64,000 bases of DNA from Eremomyces bilateralis CBS 781.70. Its lineage: Eukaryota. A program made the position numbers and the translations under genes. The stretch is from the NCBI GenBank assembly GCA_010015585.1, contig ML975150.1, one strand, 5' to 3'. The first letter of the stretch is position 1. The number at the start of each line of letters is the position of its first letter. Positions 1-12,940 of the stretch are shown here, in pieces. The notes beneath the pieces are model-generated. The model ran no database searches. It had not been told where the DNA came from and saw only the letters and a list, made by a program, of their open reading frames with translations.

Positions 1-53
1 GGAAGCCTGAGACCAGAGGCTCGGGCTCTGGTCAAGGTTCGAGGTAGACTCAT
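1..53 (-). CDS. 5' end of a gene running off the window, possibly with a mitochondrial presequence (partial)
   Basis: The minus-strand ATG at 53 opens MSLPRTLTRARASGLRL... to the window edge. It is Arg/Ser/Leu-rich with no acidic residues and is divergent from CIA84. Only 17 codons are visible. Confidence 0.35.
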   Translation of the reverse strand, partial: MSLPRTLTRARASGLRL

Positions 54-472
54 GTTGCAGAATCGGCGATCATCTATCTCATAGAGAAAGATTGATACAA
101 TTTGTTGAACATGGGAGTCTTTTAAGATAGGAAGTGGTGACAGAAGTTGCCGTTAGAAAAATCCACATTTGGCTAAGCGTTCGATAAATTACATCGTGAC
201 AGTGGAGGACATGGATGAGCTCATCCACGGAATATTTCTCTATGTCTGGGTGAGACTTATATTTCCTTAACCACCACCAACGCGTTTATTCGTTAGAATA
301 CGCGATTACTCTCTGCACAATTCTTGGGTTCGATTCCAACGACCTGTATAGCAGCTTTAAAGTGTATTGGATGTTCCAATTGGCATGATGAGTTTGCATA
401 TCCGAATTTCCACCTAAAACTTCCACCAGAAGCTCCGAATGAGCTCTTCCCCCTGGGCGCCGATTCCTCACG

Positions 473-2932
473 ATGCATCTTACACGCCTTATCCTCCGGC
501 AATTAGTCCGCGGTGAGCCCATCCTATACCGACACTGTCTATGCCGTCCTTTTTCTTCCCACCAACCACGGTATCCTCCGTCCGCTGTCCGGCTCCTCCG
601 ACCATGCCCTTCCCGCTCTTTTTTCGCCTTCCCGGCCATGCAGCCTTCCCAGTCAAGCCCGAACCCGCACTTCGATCCGGGGATGGCGCAAATGGTCGAG
701 TTGTCGAACCGGTTGCAACAGCAGTTACGCGCCCCTGAGCCTAAGCAACTCCATGCTGCCTTCCGGGCGTTCTTCAACGCAGCAGCGGACAAGTCACTTG
801 GAGTCGAGGATGTTCAAGCCGGGCATGCGCTGCGAACGTTTCAAACACTGATGGAAACTACGCCGCCGGAGAAGAAGAGATGGTTCGAAAATAAGGACGT
901 GGTATCGGTGTTACAGGTACTGGAAAGAAAACCCACTGGGAAGACGGAGTTCCATCGAGAGTTGGCCAAAGGGTTATTCGCGGTGTACGAGAAGAAAGGA
1001 AGCGGAGACTTGGGCGAAATTTCTAGAACAACTACCGGCTCCCTTTCCGACGCTGAGAAGCATGACCTCCCCGAAAACATTATGTATGACGAAGTGAAGA
1101 GATGGTATACTCATATTCTATGCTTCTCTGGCTTCGCCGGCGAAGCACACGAGCTACTTAAAGGGCTAGAAATGGTTGGCGAGAAGGTTCCAGATTCCAC
1201 ATGGCTCCTTGTATTCGAGGGATACGCTGCCGAAGGAAGAGAGGACGAATTGCACAAGCTACTGGAGGAACTTGGCGATCGCTCCGCTGAACTGGGTGAC
1301 GATGTTCGGGAAGTTATGGTCAAGTTTTACGCTGCCAGAGGACGGTATGTCAAGAGGTGGCACAAAGGCAAAGTCTTTGGCAGCTCAGAACCGGATGACA
1401 GGGCGTTGAATGCCGTGGTCAAGTACTGCTTGCAACACCGAGATATGAAATTGGGGCAGGAGGTCGTCAAAGAGGCTCTCGACGGTGCCCCAAGCAAAAG
1501 CGCTTGGGACAGTGCGCTCTTATGGGCTGCAGGCACTGGAAAGAGCATCGATGGGATTGAGCAAATGATCAACGTCATGGCTTCAAGAGCTCGCGGCAAG
1601 GATAAACATGATTTACCAGACATACAGTCAATCAATAAGCTGATCGAATATGCGTTATCGAAGAACGATGCATATGCAGCGGAACGATACCGGAATCTTG
1701 GGAAGAAACTGGATTTCAAGGCTGACGGCCAGGCGTATCTCCTAGCCATGCGGATACCACTTATCGCCAACGATCTTCTGGAGGCCATGAAAACGTATCA
1801 AGAACTGAAGAGCACGCATATTGAGTTCGAAGAGAACGATGACGTGCCTGTCATCAACCGACTCCTTACCGCCTTATGTTCCTCCGAGAACCAAGACTAC
1901 GATACTATCATGTCCGTTGTCGACGACCTCACCGAACGTGGCGCAAAATTCCTCCCCGAGACAGTCAGCGCTCTTTCCCTCCTGCATCTCGAGCGAGACG
2001 AAATCCAAGATCTCATCCAGCTCCTCAAATCGCATGCGGCCCGCTTCTCCTCTTCCCAGCGCGCCGCTCTCCTCTCAACCTTCGTTACCTACTGCCTTGA
2101 TCCCGAGCGTCCCACGGATCGCGCCTGGGATGTCAGTACCATCGTCCACGACGTGTTCGACGAAGTCGATCGCCCTACTCGCACCCAACTCATGGAAGAC
2201 TTTTTCCGCCGCGGCCGTGCCGACAAGGCGTGTATAATTTTTAACCACATGCGAGACTCGCTCGTCGATGAGGTTCGCGCGACCGCGGAGACATATGTCG
2301 TTGCATTCGTCGGCATTGCGATGTGTACCGACACTGAATCTCTCCGCAACGTACACAATCAGCTGAAGGTTGACATCACTGTCAATCCGGACACGAAGAT
2401 GTACAATGCGCTGATACTCGCATATACGAGCTGTGGGTCCGCCGGGAAGGCCATACAGCTCTGGGATAGCATCTATCACTCGTCGGAAGGTCCGTCCTTC
2501 AACAGTTTCAACATCATGTTCTGGACTTGCGAAAATCTGCTCGGCGGTGCAGAGATGGCCACGCCTATCTGGGAGACCCTCAATGCGCTCCCCACGGTAG
2601 AGATCCCGAAGGATGTGTTCATCGCCTACCTTGGCGCACTTGCTGGGAGTTCGGAGTTGAAGGAGGCTACACGCCTGGTGGAGACAGAGTTGGGATATCC
2701 ACCAGATGCGACAATGTGAGTACTCCAGTGTTCCTTTTTGGCACGACTAATATTTGTGGGCAGGTTGGGAACCATCTTCAATGCTCTTCCAGAGATACAT
2801 CGTCAGAGCGAGATGGAAGCATGGGCAAGGGAAAAGTATCCTGAAATTTGGACGGAGCTTGAACAGCTTGGCAGGAAGCGGACAGCAAGGGGAACTCGAA
2901 GATTTCAGATTGATCGAACGCTTGAGCCATAA
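473..2932 (+). CDS. cia84: Mitochondrial complex I intermediate-associated protein 84 (CIA84)-like, PPR/helical-repeat protein
   Basis: 748-aa ORF with an Arg-rich presequence-like N-terminus and PPR-like repeats (e.g. PDTKMYNALILAYTSCG). Intron 2716-2763 (GTGAGT..GACTAAT..CAG) joins it to exon 2 (MLGTIFNALPE...LEP*). Confidence 0.7.
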
Positions 2933-3553
2933 TTATAAATATACAGTTCGATCAGTTGACTTCCATCCACCTACAACAATTTTGATGCCTTCCATTCTCT
3001 TCCATTGCTTTCGTATGCATCCGTGGCGCCAGTCACACAAGTTTGATCCACTTTCGGTTGAGGTGCACATGCAATGTGGGCATCCAAAATGGCTTAAGCG
3101 AGAGCCGGCAAATATCCAGCATGACAGGATCTATCTGTGCAATTGTCCTAGACGCACGGAGACGTTAGCAGATGGCAAAAAAAAAAATCGATGCAAACTG
3201 CTGGGGAAGTGAATTTGTCTCAGATAGGAGCGAAAGATGGTAAGTTGGGTCTTCAAGGATCCTTGATCTCGGTTGAACTATGCAATAGAAGTTGTATCAT
3301 CATAAAAGACTGGGTGAGGCTGTGGAATGCATGAAAGAGGACTTGCCTTGGCTCGGGTGCGTTAGGTTGAAGGAGTGTGATCCCCTCCGATGTTCAGTCG
3401 AGAAGGCAGCAGGAGATGACTCGGTAGCCTTTCTGCCAGACTTTCGTAATTATACAAAGGACAGGCCAAAGTACTGCTACCATCTCGTGAGGCCATTTGC
3501 CGCTTGGTCCGTCTGGTGAACGTTTGAGTGTTGTAGATCCTAGGCTGGGGGGC

Positions 3554-6157
3554 TCAGGGTTGGTTGTTGCCATGCCCGGATTGACTGAGATGACGCAAAA
3601 GCGCTGCAAGATCCGTCTCTGAGCCGCTTGGAGGTTGACTCTGCGGGTTGCGAACTGGGTGTTGTCCTTGAGGATGAGAAGGGCCTGAGTAAGGCATGGA
3701 ATTGCCACCGGTGGGAAAATAGCCTTGAGCAGAGGGCGGATATTGGTATCCTTGAGTAGCATGTCCTTGGTTGGGGCCAGGTGCATGGTTCATCGGCGCG
3801 TTGTAGAGACCAGCTGCAAGCATTTGTGGAGGAAGCGGTGTCATCGGAGAAGTAGGAACGGAGTCTTGGACTGGCCCCGGACCTGGAATTGGAGGCGGGC
3901 CGTATCCAGACTGACGCGCCTGTTGAGCCATTTGGGCGAGGACGTGCGGAGGAGGCATGGTAGTCTGGATGGGGTATGGAGTGGTGTTGGCTTGAGATCC
4001 ATGATTTGCAGCAGCTAGAAGCGCACCCCATGCGCTCGACCCAGGTGCATTTGCCGTCTGGAAAGGCATCCCTTGATATCCCGAAGACGACGCTACAGGA
4101 GGCAAGTAGCCCTGGGAAACGGAATTGGCTCCAGTTACTGCGCTCGGCCTGCCGCTCGAAGTTCGAACATCTGTTCCCACGTAGGGAGGAGGTTGAGCGT
4201 AAGACCAGGCTGCAGATGGTCGAGGATGATTCCCATCATGCATTGTAGGATTTTGTGGAAAAGTGGTGCTCCCGGGTCCAGTCGTGGAGGACGTTGTAGC
4301 TCCTCTGCCTCCAAAGACGTCGTGGACTCGTTCGGGTCCATTGTGAGACGGAGAGTGGAAACCATGACTTGAGGGAGGCATTGAGTTGGGTTGGGGTTGC
4401 GAGTGGTGTTGATTGTTGTAGGATCGACTGTGGTCGTGTGCACGGTCCCCGGATGTGAAATCGGAGTGACGGTTTCCAGTTCTCGAATTGTTGTTGCCAT
4501 ATCGATTTCCACGTTGACCTCTTTGTCCAGACGTGAAGCGGTTGCCTCGACCTCCTCTGCTCTCCCGATTCTCATTTCTTGTGCTCGCATTGCCTCGGGA
4601 AGAAGACATATCATCGTCATCGTCGTACTTGACCAAGGGCCTTTCCATACCCGGTTGAGCACCATACTGATGCTGCTGGGGAAGGAATGGCTGTCTCCTT
4701 TCACCGCTGGCAGGAGCAGTTGGTTTCCGATCGCCTTGGCCTTGATTTGCCGCTTTCTTTCCCTTCGCCTTCGCTTTCTTCTGTCTCTTATACTCGGCTT
4801 CTTTTTCATCATCAGAGAACTCCATCTCAGAGTCATGAAGTTCCTCGTCGTGGAGGTTCGATGCATCGGTGCCTTTCATTTTCATTATCTCGTCCGTGAA
4901 GAGCTTTGAGGAAAACTGATCAACAATGTAGACAGCGGTGTCTTGAGTCACGTTGAGTGCTTGGATGTCTTCCTCAGTGATGAAGAAGGTGTAATATGGA
5001 TCTTGGACTCGTCCAATGGCTTCGTCGATGACGCCGAGAATCTGTCGATCCTCAAGACAAAGATAGGTCCCACAATCGTACACATTGCGTTCAGCCGACT
5101 GTTGAGCCTTCACGGAAACAAGCCGGGCATTCGAAGTCTTGTCTGGGGTGATGATGACTTCAACCTGGCCGAGGAAACTGATCTTCATTTCAGGAGTGAT
5201 CTCCACGGTAGGTTTCTCGACGTGGATCATGGGCATTTCGTTCTTTGTCTTGGGCGGTTCGCTGTCAGGTTCCGCTACTTTCATGCTCTTGGAGAGCATC
5301 TCCGCCATGGCTTTCGGGTCCATCAGAGGCTCGGCATCCGAATCGTCTGATTCGGACTCGGTTTCAGTGTCGGAATCCTCGAGGTCGGACGAATCGAAGC
5401 GGAATTCTTCCTGCTCAGCTTGTGCAGTTCCGTCCGTTGCGTCTTTATCGTCCTTGACGGGGGTCTCTTTAGACGCATACAGATCGGAACGAGGATCAGA
5501 TCTGGAGATACCATTGGATCTGGGAGCCGCTCCGTCAATCTCGGCAGTGTGGGAGGAAGATACCACGCCTGAAGAGGGTTGGGCAGTGACTGAGAGTCCC
5601 GGTAGAAGCTGGAGATTTGCTTGGGCAGTGTAGTCAGGGATTTCCGATGCCGGTTTGGAAATCTCTGGAAGTTCTAGAAGGGAGACGTTCCTGTCTTCAA
5701 CAGTGCCGTTGTTGGATGCCATCTCGAGATCGCTAACAGCTGATGATGCAGGTTCTGCCCCGTTCGCGACCGTGGAAGTTGATACAGCATCCTCAATATC
5801 TGCATGTGTGGGAGCAACGTTTCCTGAGGGTCCGTTTGCGTTCAGGGCGGCCCCTGCACCAGGCAACGATGTGCCCAAGTCCATACCAGCATGTAAATTG
5901 CCAGCAGGAGTTGCGTCTATCGCATTTACACTTGACTGGCCGACCTCCATAGAATCTTGGGTTTCCCCAGACTCTGCCGAGATGGTTACACCTGTTGCAG
6001 GATGATTCTCGGTGTCTGAAGTCTTCTGGGTCTCAACGACTGGAGTCAAACTCTGCCCTTCTATGCTGACCAAAGCATCCATGAAGGTCTCCAAAGCATT
6101 GTTGCTGTGCTGCTGAGGCTCTGTCATGGGAACATCGTTCCCATCTTTGGTGTCCAT
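3554..6157 (-). CDS. NAF1: H/ACA ribonucleoprotein assembly factor NAF1
   Basis: 867-aa intronless ORF with a Gar1/Naf1 domain (PPKTKNE...GTYLCLEDRQILGVIDEAIGRVQDPYY) followed by the signature KGTDASNLHDEE..EMEFSDDEKEAEYKR and a low-complexity tail. Confidence 0.9.
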   Translation of the reverse strand: MDTKDGNDVPMTEPQQHSNNALETFMDALVSIEGQSLTPVVETQKTSDTENHPATGVTISAESGETQDSMEVGQSSVNAIDATPAGNLHAGMDLGTSLPGAGAALNANGPSGNVAPTHADIEDAVSTSTVANGAEPASSAVSDLEMASNNGTVEDRNVSLLELPEISKPASEIPDYTAQANLQLLPGLSVTAQPSSGVVSSSHTAEIDGAAPRSNGISRSDPRSDLYASKETPVKDDKDATDGTAQAEQEEFRFDSSDLEDSDTETESESDDSDAEPLMDPKAMAEMLSKSMKVAEPDSEPPKTKNEMPMIHVEKPTVEITPEMKISFLGQVEVIITPDKTSNARLVSVKAQQSAERNVYDCGTYLCLEDRQILGVIDEAIGRVQDPYYTFFITEEDIQALNVTQDTAVYIVDQFSSKLFTDEIMKMKGTDASNLHDEELHDSEMEFSDDEKEAEYKRQKKAKAKGKKAANQGQGDRKPTAPASGERRQPFLPQQHQYGAQPGMERPLVKYDDDDDMSSSRGNASTRNENRESRGGRGNRFTSGQRGQRGNRYGNNNSRTGNRHSDFTSGDRAHDHSRSYNNQHHSQPQPNSMPPSSHGFHSPSHNGPERVHDVFGGRGATTSSTTGPGSTTFPQNPTMHDGNHPRPSAAWSYAQPPPYVGTDVRTSSGRPSAVTGANSVSQGYLPPVASSSGYQGMPFQTANAPGSSAWGALLAAANHGSQANTTPYPIQTTMPPPHVLAQMAQQARQSGYGPPPIPGPGPVQDSVPTSPMTPLPPQMLAAGLYNAPMNHAPGPNQGHATQGYQYPPSAQGYFPTGGNSMPYSGPSHPQGQHPVRNPQSQPPSGSETDLAALLRHLSQSGHGNNQP

Positions 6158-6632
6158 GACGAAAAACTCGTCCCAAAGTCGTACCCTGCAATTAAAATAA
6201 AATAAACCTTCAGAGAGGTTTGGGATGAAGTAAAGGAGCCAGCACCATGTGTTTCCACATAGTGAAAGTGAGGCGAGGCGTTTTCAATGTGGAAATCATT
6301 TTGAAAACCTGCTGAAGAAAATTTAAAAAGTTTCTGAACCGCGCTTGACGATAGTAATACGATAGCACGTGATTTAATCTCACATAAGCAACCATGAGTG
6401 ACCGTTCCTAGAGTAAGGAGACTAAGGACACCTTCGAGGCTACGACAATAAATAGTCTCCCTTCAACCTTGTCTTCAGGTTATTATGAAATGTTGATCCA
6501 TGGCTCGTAGAGCCTAACGATTATGCTTCTTAGTTGACTAAGGAACTGGTGTTTCTTGGGATGTTTCGCGAGAAATAATCCCTTCTTCTATTAGTGGACA
6601 CCTTTCAGGAACGCGTGCAAGGAGGAAGCGTC

Positions 6633-8555
6633 ATGAGTAACCCTAAACGGTAATACCATTCAAGACATATTCAAAATAACCGTATAGCGCTCAGATATTA
6701 ACAGATCCAGGTCCGGTAAGCCATCCACGGCCACAGGATCGCCTGCTGAGCTTGCGGTCGTCTTTTCCTCCTTCGCCGTCGCCGGTCTTATTGCTGCAGC
6801 GTTCGCTCCAATCCAGGATTGCGACGAAGTGTTCAACTACTGGGAGCCAACCCATTTTCTAAACCATGGCTATGGTCTGCAGACCTGGGAGTACTCTCCG
6901 GAGTATGGCATTCGCAGTTGGGCATACGCCGCACTGCACGCGGGCCTGATCTCTCTAGGCCGGCAAGTACCCTTCATGAACAGCAAGATCTCCGAGTTCT
7001 ACTTCGTCCGTAGCTTCCTGGCATTCATCTGTGCCACCTGTCAGACACGGCTGTACTTTGCGATTTCGAAGAGTATCAGTCAGCGAGTGGCGATCATCTT
7101 TGCCCTTATCATGGTGATCAATGCGGGGATGTATCATGCCTCAATCGCATACCTGCCGTCCACCTTTGCGATGTATACTACCATGTTAGGGTCTGCGGCA
7201 TTTATGGACAATCTTGACGGTGCAGGGACGGCGGAGGGGATCTTTTGGTTCGGACTTGGAAGTCTTCTAGGCTGGCCATTTGCGGCAGCCTTGGCGATTC
7301 CGTTCCTTTTTGTCGAGATCATCCGTCTGATATCATCAGACGATAAAGGGATGCGGTTCCTCCATTTCGTGGATGGCGGGGTGAGATGTGTCGGTGTCCT
7401 TGTACGTATGTCCAAATGCAAAGATCACCCAGAGTCTCATGATGCACTAGGTCTTGCAAGTCTTGGTCGACTCCGTGGCATTCGACAAGCCGGCGTTGGT
7501 CCCGTGGAACATCGTGGCATACAATGTGTTCGGCGGGGATGATCGCGGTCCAAACATATACGGAACAGAGCCCTGGCATTTTTATCTTCGAAACCTTGCC
7601 TTGAACTTCAATGTCTGGTTGTTGCTGGCCTTGGTCAGCAAGTTTATTGTACTTGCACAGGCATGGATAATGCGCAAGCCGGTCCTCCCACTTTTCTCCG
7701 GCCCCACCCTCACGGTCAATTTGGTGGCAGATCTATGGCTTTGCATATTCACTTGGCAACCTCACAAGGAAGAGCGCTTCCTGTATCCTATATACCCTCT
7801 CCTGGCGTTGAACGCTGCGGTGACTTTCCACATTCTGCTGGTTATCTGCGGCTCCAGAAATAGGAAGACGTTGGCCGGCAAAGTCCCTGCTTTCATGAAA
7901 CTCTTCGGGGTCGTATCATTCATCGCAGTATGCGTTGTGCTTGGCCTTGGCCGAGCCGCCGGAATTTTCACGGCGTATTCGGCTCCTCTGCAGGTATACG
8001 CGCCGCTCGAGCACATCGCGTCGGTTCAGCCAGAGGCCACTCTGTGCCTAGGCAAGGAGTGGTATCGCTTTCCGTCATCGTATTTCCTGCCCGACGGTTA
8101 CAGAGCCAAGTTCATCAGGAGCTCATTCGATGGACTGCTGCCAGGGCAGTTTGATGAATGGAGGGACGTGCCTGGACTGCTTCGAGCGGTTTCAGCTATC
8201 CCTCCGGGTATGAATGACCGGAATATAGTGGATCCTAGTAAATATGTAAGTCTAGAGGGAACCATAGAGCGGTGTCACAAGTATTGCAGCTAACGATAAC
8301 TAGGTCCAAGTGGAACAATGCGACTTCCTTGTGGATTCGTATTTCCCCGAGACCGAACCATCGCCGCTAGAACCGAATTATATGAAAGACACGGCAGCAT
8401 GGGAGAGTTTGAAGTGTGCGCCTTTCCTTGATACAGGGAAGACGGGTGCGCTCGGTCGAATGTTCTGGGTTCCGGACTGGTCCTTTGTTCCCCCTCAGTT
8501 CCAACGCAAGTGGGGCAATTATTGCCTCCTGCGGAAGCGTGACAGTCCGAAGTAA
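6633..8555 (+). CDS. ALG9: Alpha-1,2-mannosyltransferase ALG9 (GT22)
   Basis: Signatures PIQDCDEVFNYWEPTH..GLQTWEYSPEYGIRSWAY, QPHKEERFLYPIYP and CLGKEWYRFPSSYFLP. Introns at about 6650-6704, 7402-7450 and 8246-8303; the first exon MSNPKR splices in frame. Confidence 0.95.
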
Positions 8556-9073
8556 GGGAAACCCATAGATAGGACGGATCAATTTACGATTCTGCCGCTG
8601 TAGATTGCCAATTGAAACTTGTGATAAAGATAGACGCAGTCTCGTGACTCGATATGTATCAACGACTGTGGAGTGTGGATGTGGAAGTGGGAGATGTTAA
8701 CCCGAATAGGAAATATTGTGCTTGAAGTGGAGATCGACAAAGTGGTGGAACAGCGAACGTCCATGGATGACGGTACTTCAAAGACCAGGCTCCTCTCTAG
8801 AAACCGCCAGTACCTATCTTCAGTGGATGTGCAGCGAAAACCACTTAAGGTCTTAGTAGGCTGACCCAATTGGTCTAGGTTAATCGTGGCGTGCAGCTCT
8901 TATCAGATACATCGAGAATCCTAGATTCGCACGAAGCCATGATTGACGTATGGGATGAGGCGGGGGTTGGCTACCTCTACGAAGAAAGCGAACTTTTTGA
9001 TACGATTTAGAGTATTAATTGCATTAGAATTCTTCTTTACTCTGTGTATACCAGCGCGATCGAACCAGACATC

Positions 9074-10526
9074 ATGACGCAGTTGGAGCCATCTATATAC
9101 GCCGAACTCGGCAACCACATCAAGCGGGCATGCCACTCCGCTACACAGAAGGCCGCTCCGTACCAGGAGATTCTCCTACAGAATCCCAAATCGGCGTGGT
9201 ATTCACTGCTCTTTGCGGCCGGCACGATCTGGCTTGTCGTCCGGTCGGTCAGATATATCTCGTCGAAATGGGGAACACCAAAACGAGCGGGAACGCCAGA
9301 TCTCGAGAAACCACCGCCTAGCCCTACCGCCGCGCAGCGTTCGAAGTTTGCTATGAAGGAGCCGGGAGGTGAGCACGATGACTCTCCCTAACGGTTCTTC
9401 CATGATGGTTTGCTGATACAAGGACTAGTATGGGTGCCCAGTTCTTTCAAGCGGCCTGCCGCAGCGCCCTATCAGGATTGGTCACTTGAGGATACAAAGC
9501 CTCTCCCGTACCGACCGATCCGACACCAATACTTCGTCACAATGGGCCTCCGAAGTATGCAGTGGGACGAATGGATCGAACTCGACAACCACTATATGAC
9601 GTACCATGATCGGAAAGCCGAGAGAATGAAGGAACGGGGAGACAAGTGCTGCAGGACTGCACCGGAAGCGTTTGACGGTGCCGTCGAACTGGTCGAAGAA
9701 TTCTGCGACTATTTGCCCCAGAGATACCCGAACCTGTACAGGAAGACGGAGGTCGGCATGGATAACTTGGTGACGGGAGAGACGTTCAATATCGTTGAGC
9801 GACCACTGGCCGAGGACCCGATGCAGATGGCTGGCAGGATGGTTCAAGACGATCTTGCGATCATGATGGAGCGACCCGACGGACAGTATTACCTGGTTGC
9901 CGGCGCGATCCTCTTGGCTGGGTTCTGGCGTCTTGAGGACAAGTTCGGGATGCCGCTGTCGGAAATTCATACCTCAGGGGAGGTTCCGCAATACAAAGAG
10001 AAGCTGGAGAAGGGGATGATGAACTTCTTTAAGCGACTCAGGCCGGAGACGCCCATGCTGAGGAACAACTATTTCATCCAGGTCGACGACGACGTGGCAT
10101 TCAGTCATACGCTTGGATCGGAAAATTCGTATCCGTTTGATCTGAGCTGGGCTTCGGCGCCCAAGAACCGACCAGTCGATACTTATCACTTCAGGAGCGA
10201 AAGACAAAGCCTTCGAAGGTAGGTTTCTATGAAGATGAAGAGACTTTGACTGCGACATTAACCTGTTTAGGCTTCCGAGAAGTGGTGCTGTCGTTTTCAC
10301 CATTCGCACATATTTTCATCCCATTACGGATATTTGTAAGGAGAAGTATGTCCCCGGCCGTCTCGCGTCCGGTATTCGGAGCTGGGCACCGGACGTGTCC
10401 AAGTATCGAGGGCGAGCCCAATTCGAAGAGGTATTGTTGCCGTATCTCGATGGGGAACATCAGAAGCAGCTCGATGACGGCCTTGACCTGGGCAATGAAG
10501 ACGAGCACCATTCGTACCCGTACTGA
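9074..10526 (+). CDS. DUF3445 / heme-dependent oxidative N-demethylase alpha-subunit-like protein with N-terminal TM segment
   Basis: Motifs PLPYRP, WIELDNHY, VQDDLAIM, AGFWRLEDKFGMPLSEIH, RNNYFIQ and RSERQSLRRLPRSGAVVFTIRTY. Introns 9369-9428 and 10219-10270; stop TGA ends at 10526. Confidence 0.8.
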
Positions 10527-10608
10527 ATTGGCCGTGAGATATTCATCGCATAGAATACCTTGCCATTAAGACATGTAGCGTTAGCGGGATAGAAGCTGAT
10601 TGAGAATC

Positions 10609-12209
10609 TCAGCCGCCTGGTTGGCCACTTGCAATCGACCTTGTGCGGAACCTTTGAACTGCCTCGCCAATCTTATTCTGTCGCCAGGAGCAGTCCTCAG
10701 CGAACTCGCAAATCCGGCATTTGAAAGCATCTTCGATCTCGACACCCTTGGGTTCCCTGTCCCCTTTCCAGAAGCGTAGGGTATCTTTAACGTAGCGATC
10801 GATCGTGTTGGCGTTATAAACAAAGGACTTGCTACCAATGATGGATCCGTCGCTCTGGCTTCGGAACTCCACATGAAGAACCTTGCCAAGGGCATCCTGG
10901 TTCGGAATAATCGTTTTCAGTTCGCGAATCATGAGGGACCATAGGTCTTGTAGGTTGTCATTCTCGAAAAGTTCCGACCGTGCATCGGGGCTTGCCTGAA
11001 ACGGGGCTTCTTCATCTTGAGTACTTGTAGTTTTGAAGTTATAGTCAAGCTTCGCAACATCTTCGATGAACGAATCCGAGAAGGGCTTGGATGGGTTCAA
11101 TCGGTATCGCTCGAAGATTATGCGTGGGTCGACGCGGTCCGATGCCAGGTCACCCAGTAACCTCCAGTACAACATGAGTTGGACAAACGTAGGCTTCAAC
11201 GAAGAGCCTTTAGGAATGGTCTTCCTACCGCGAGTCTTCACATCTGTGATGTAGATCTTCCTCTGGGTAGTTGTGTCTTCTGCTGTGGACTCCGTCGCTC
11301 CATTTTCAGCAGCCAAGGCCGCGGCCCGCTGCTTATCCTCCACGTTGCGTACAAGCGTTTCGAGTTTCTCGTCCGGGCACTTGTACGATATCTCGTCGAT
11401 GATACCATTGATGATCTGGCCATCAATCGTGCCCCAGATCTCCATCTCGCGCGTCATCCCCGTGTTCGCCAGGGTTCGAAATCCTTGAATTGCGTTCCAA
11501 ATCTTCAACCCCCAGGTATCTTCCCGGGTAGACACCGACACCGGAACATACTGAAAGACCTGATCTTCAAGTTCCTTGTGTACGGCGCTTCCCTGCTTCA
11601 TCGCGGGTGTCTGCAGCTTTCTCCCATGTTTCCCCAACGTGAAGAGGTACTGTAGCTCGCACCATGACGGTGACACCATGTCGGTGACGGACAATGGTTT
11701 CTTCGGCGGGCTTCGAAAGCGAACAATCGGTGGACGCGGATCCGACTCGAGGGCAACCTGGACATTCTCGGTCTCGGCCCGGGGTTCGATCACGTTTGCT
11801 TCCGCAGCATTCTGATGATCGATCTCATTGTCTTCGATATACTGCGGCACTAATCGCTGTCAGCGGTCAGCATAGCCTCCGCCGGATCCCAATATATCGA
11901 CATACGAGATCCTTGCACCGGAGGAGCGGCGATGATCCGAGTCGCTGGCGGCGATGATTGAGAAAGTCCTTCTTCACAGGAGAAATAGGCCGTGGAACCC
12001 GATGACAGGCGCGGCTTGGGAACGTGCGCCAGAGGGGAGAGTTCATCGCCTTGAATAGATTCGACGCGCAGAGCCTCAGGGGAGAGCTCCCTTAACGCCA
12101 CGAGGTCGTCCTCCAGGCCGACGGTGGGAGCGGGATGCAGGTCCGCACTTTCGCCGGGGTGACCAGCTGCAATTGGACCAGAAATCGGATCTATGGTTGC
12201 GTCGTTCAT
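10609..12209 (-). CDS. EXO5: Exonuclease V (Exo5/Dem1), 4Fe-4S RecB-family nuclease
   Basis: Motifs LSVTDMVSPSWCELQY, MKQGSAVHKELE, INGIIDEI, ITDVKTR and the C-terminal CRICEFAEDC cysteines. Intron 11850-11905 (GTATGT..TAG) joins the two ORFs in frame. The start codon is approximate. Confidence 0.88.
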
Positions 12210-12940
12210 ATCGTCCCTCTGTCACTGGTCTAGACGGTCGCCGCCAGCGCTCCGGAACGCCTGGACAAACGGTGAACGTAAAGGAGGAGACTAAGTTAGG
12301 CGGTAGTCCGCTCGGCATCGGACACTCAACAGTGAGCCCGAACCAAGGAAAAGGAAGACAGTTAAGACACAAACGGAGCGGGGATGGAAGCACAAGGTGA
12401 GCTGGCAGCCTGAGAGCCGTGACAGGAATATCGGGACCAGTCACCACTCACCAGTAGCAGCAGTACCGGGACCAGTATCGGGATGTAACTGGGAAGCAGC
12501 GTTGGTATGGACCACCTAATTATCGGAGTTCTGGGGTGGAAATATCAGATTGCACTGGATGGTGCCATGTCGCTCACAGCCAATCACATCCCCTGATGGC
12601 TTTCTGGTCCTCCGATCCGGTGCGGGAGTGAAAAAGACTTCGGCAACCGTTGCCTTTGGCGCCTTTAGGAGCTGTAAGTTTTCATCCATTTTAAACCCTT
12701 CCCTTTCTCTCTCTTCTCCACTGCCATCTTCCTCTTCTTCATTATTCTCATCCCAAACATCAACTAGAAAATCTCCTTTTCTCCCTTTCTCCCTTTCCCT
12801 TTCAATTCACTCCGTCGCTCTACACAACCAGTCCTTTCTCCCCCGTCCATCGCCCAATCTCCCTTCCAGTCCCCCCGCCTCCTTCGTAAATCCTTTCTTT
12901 GTTGCCCCGCTATCGGAGTCCCCCCACTTCCACCACTACA

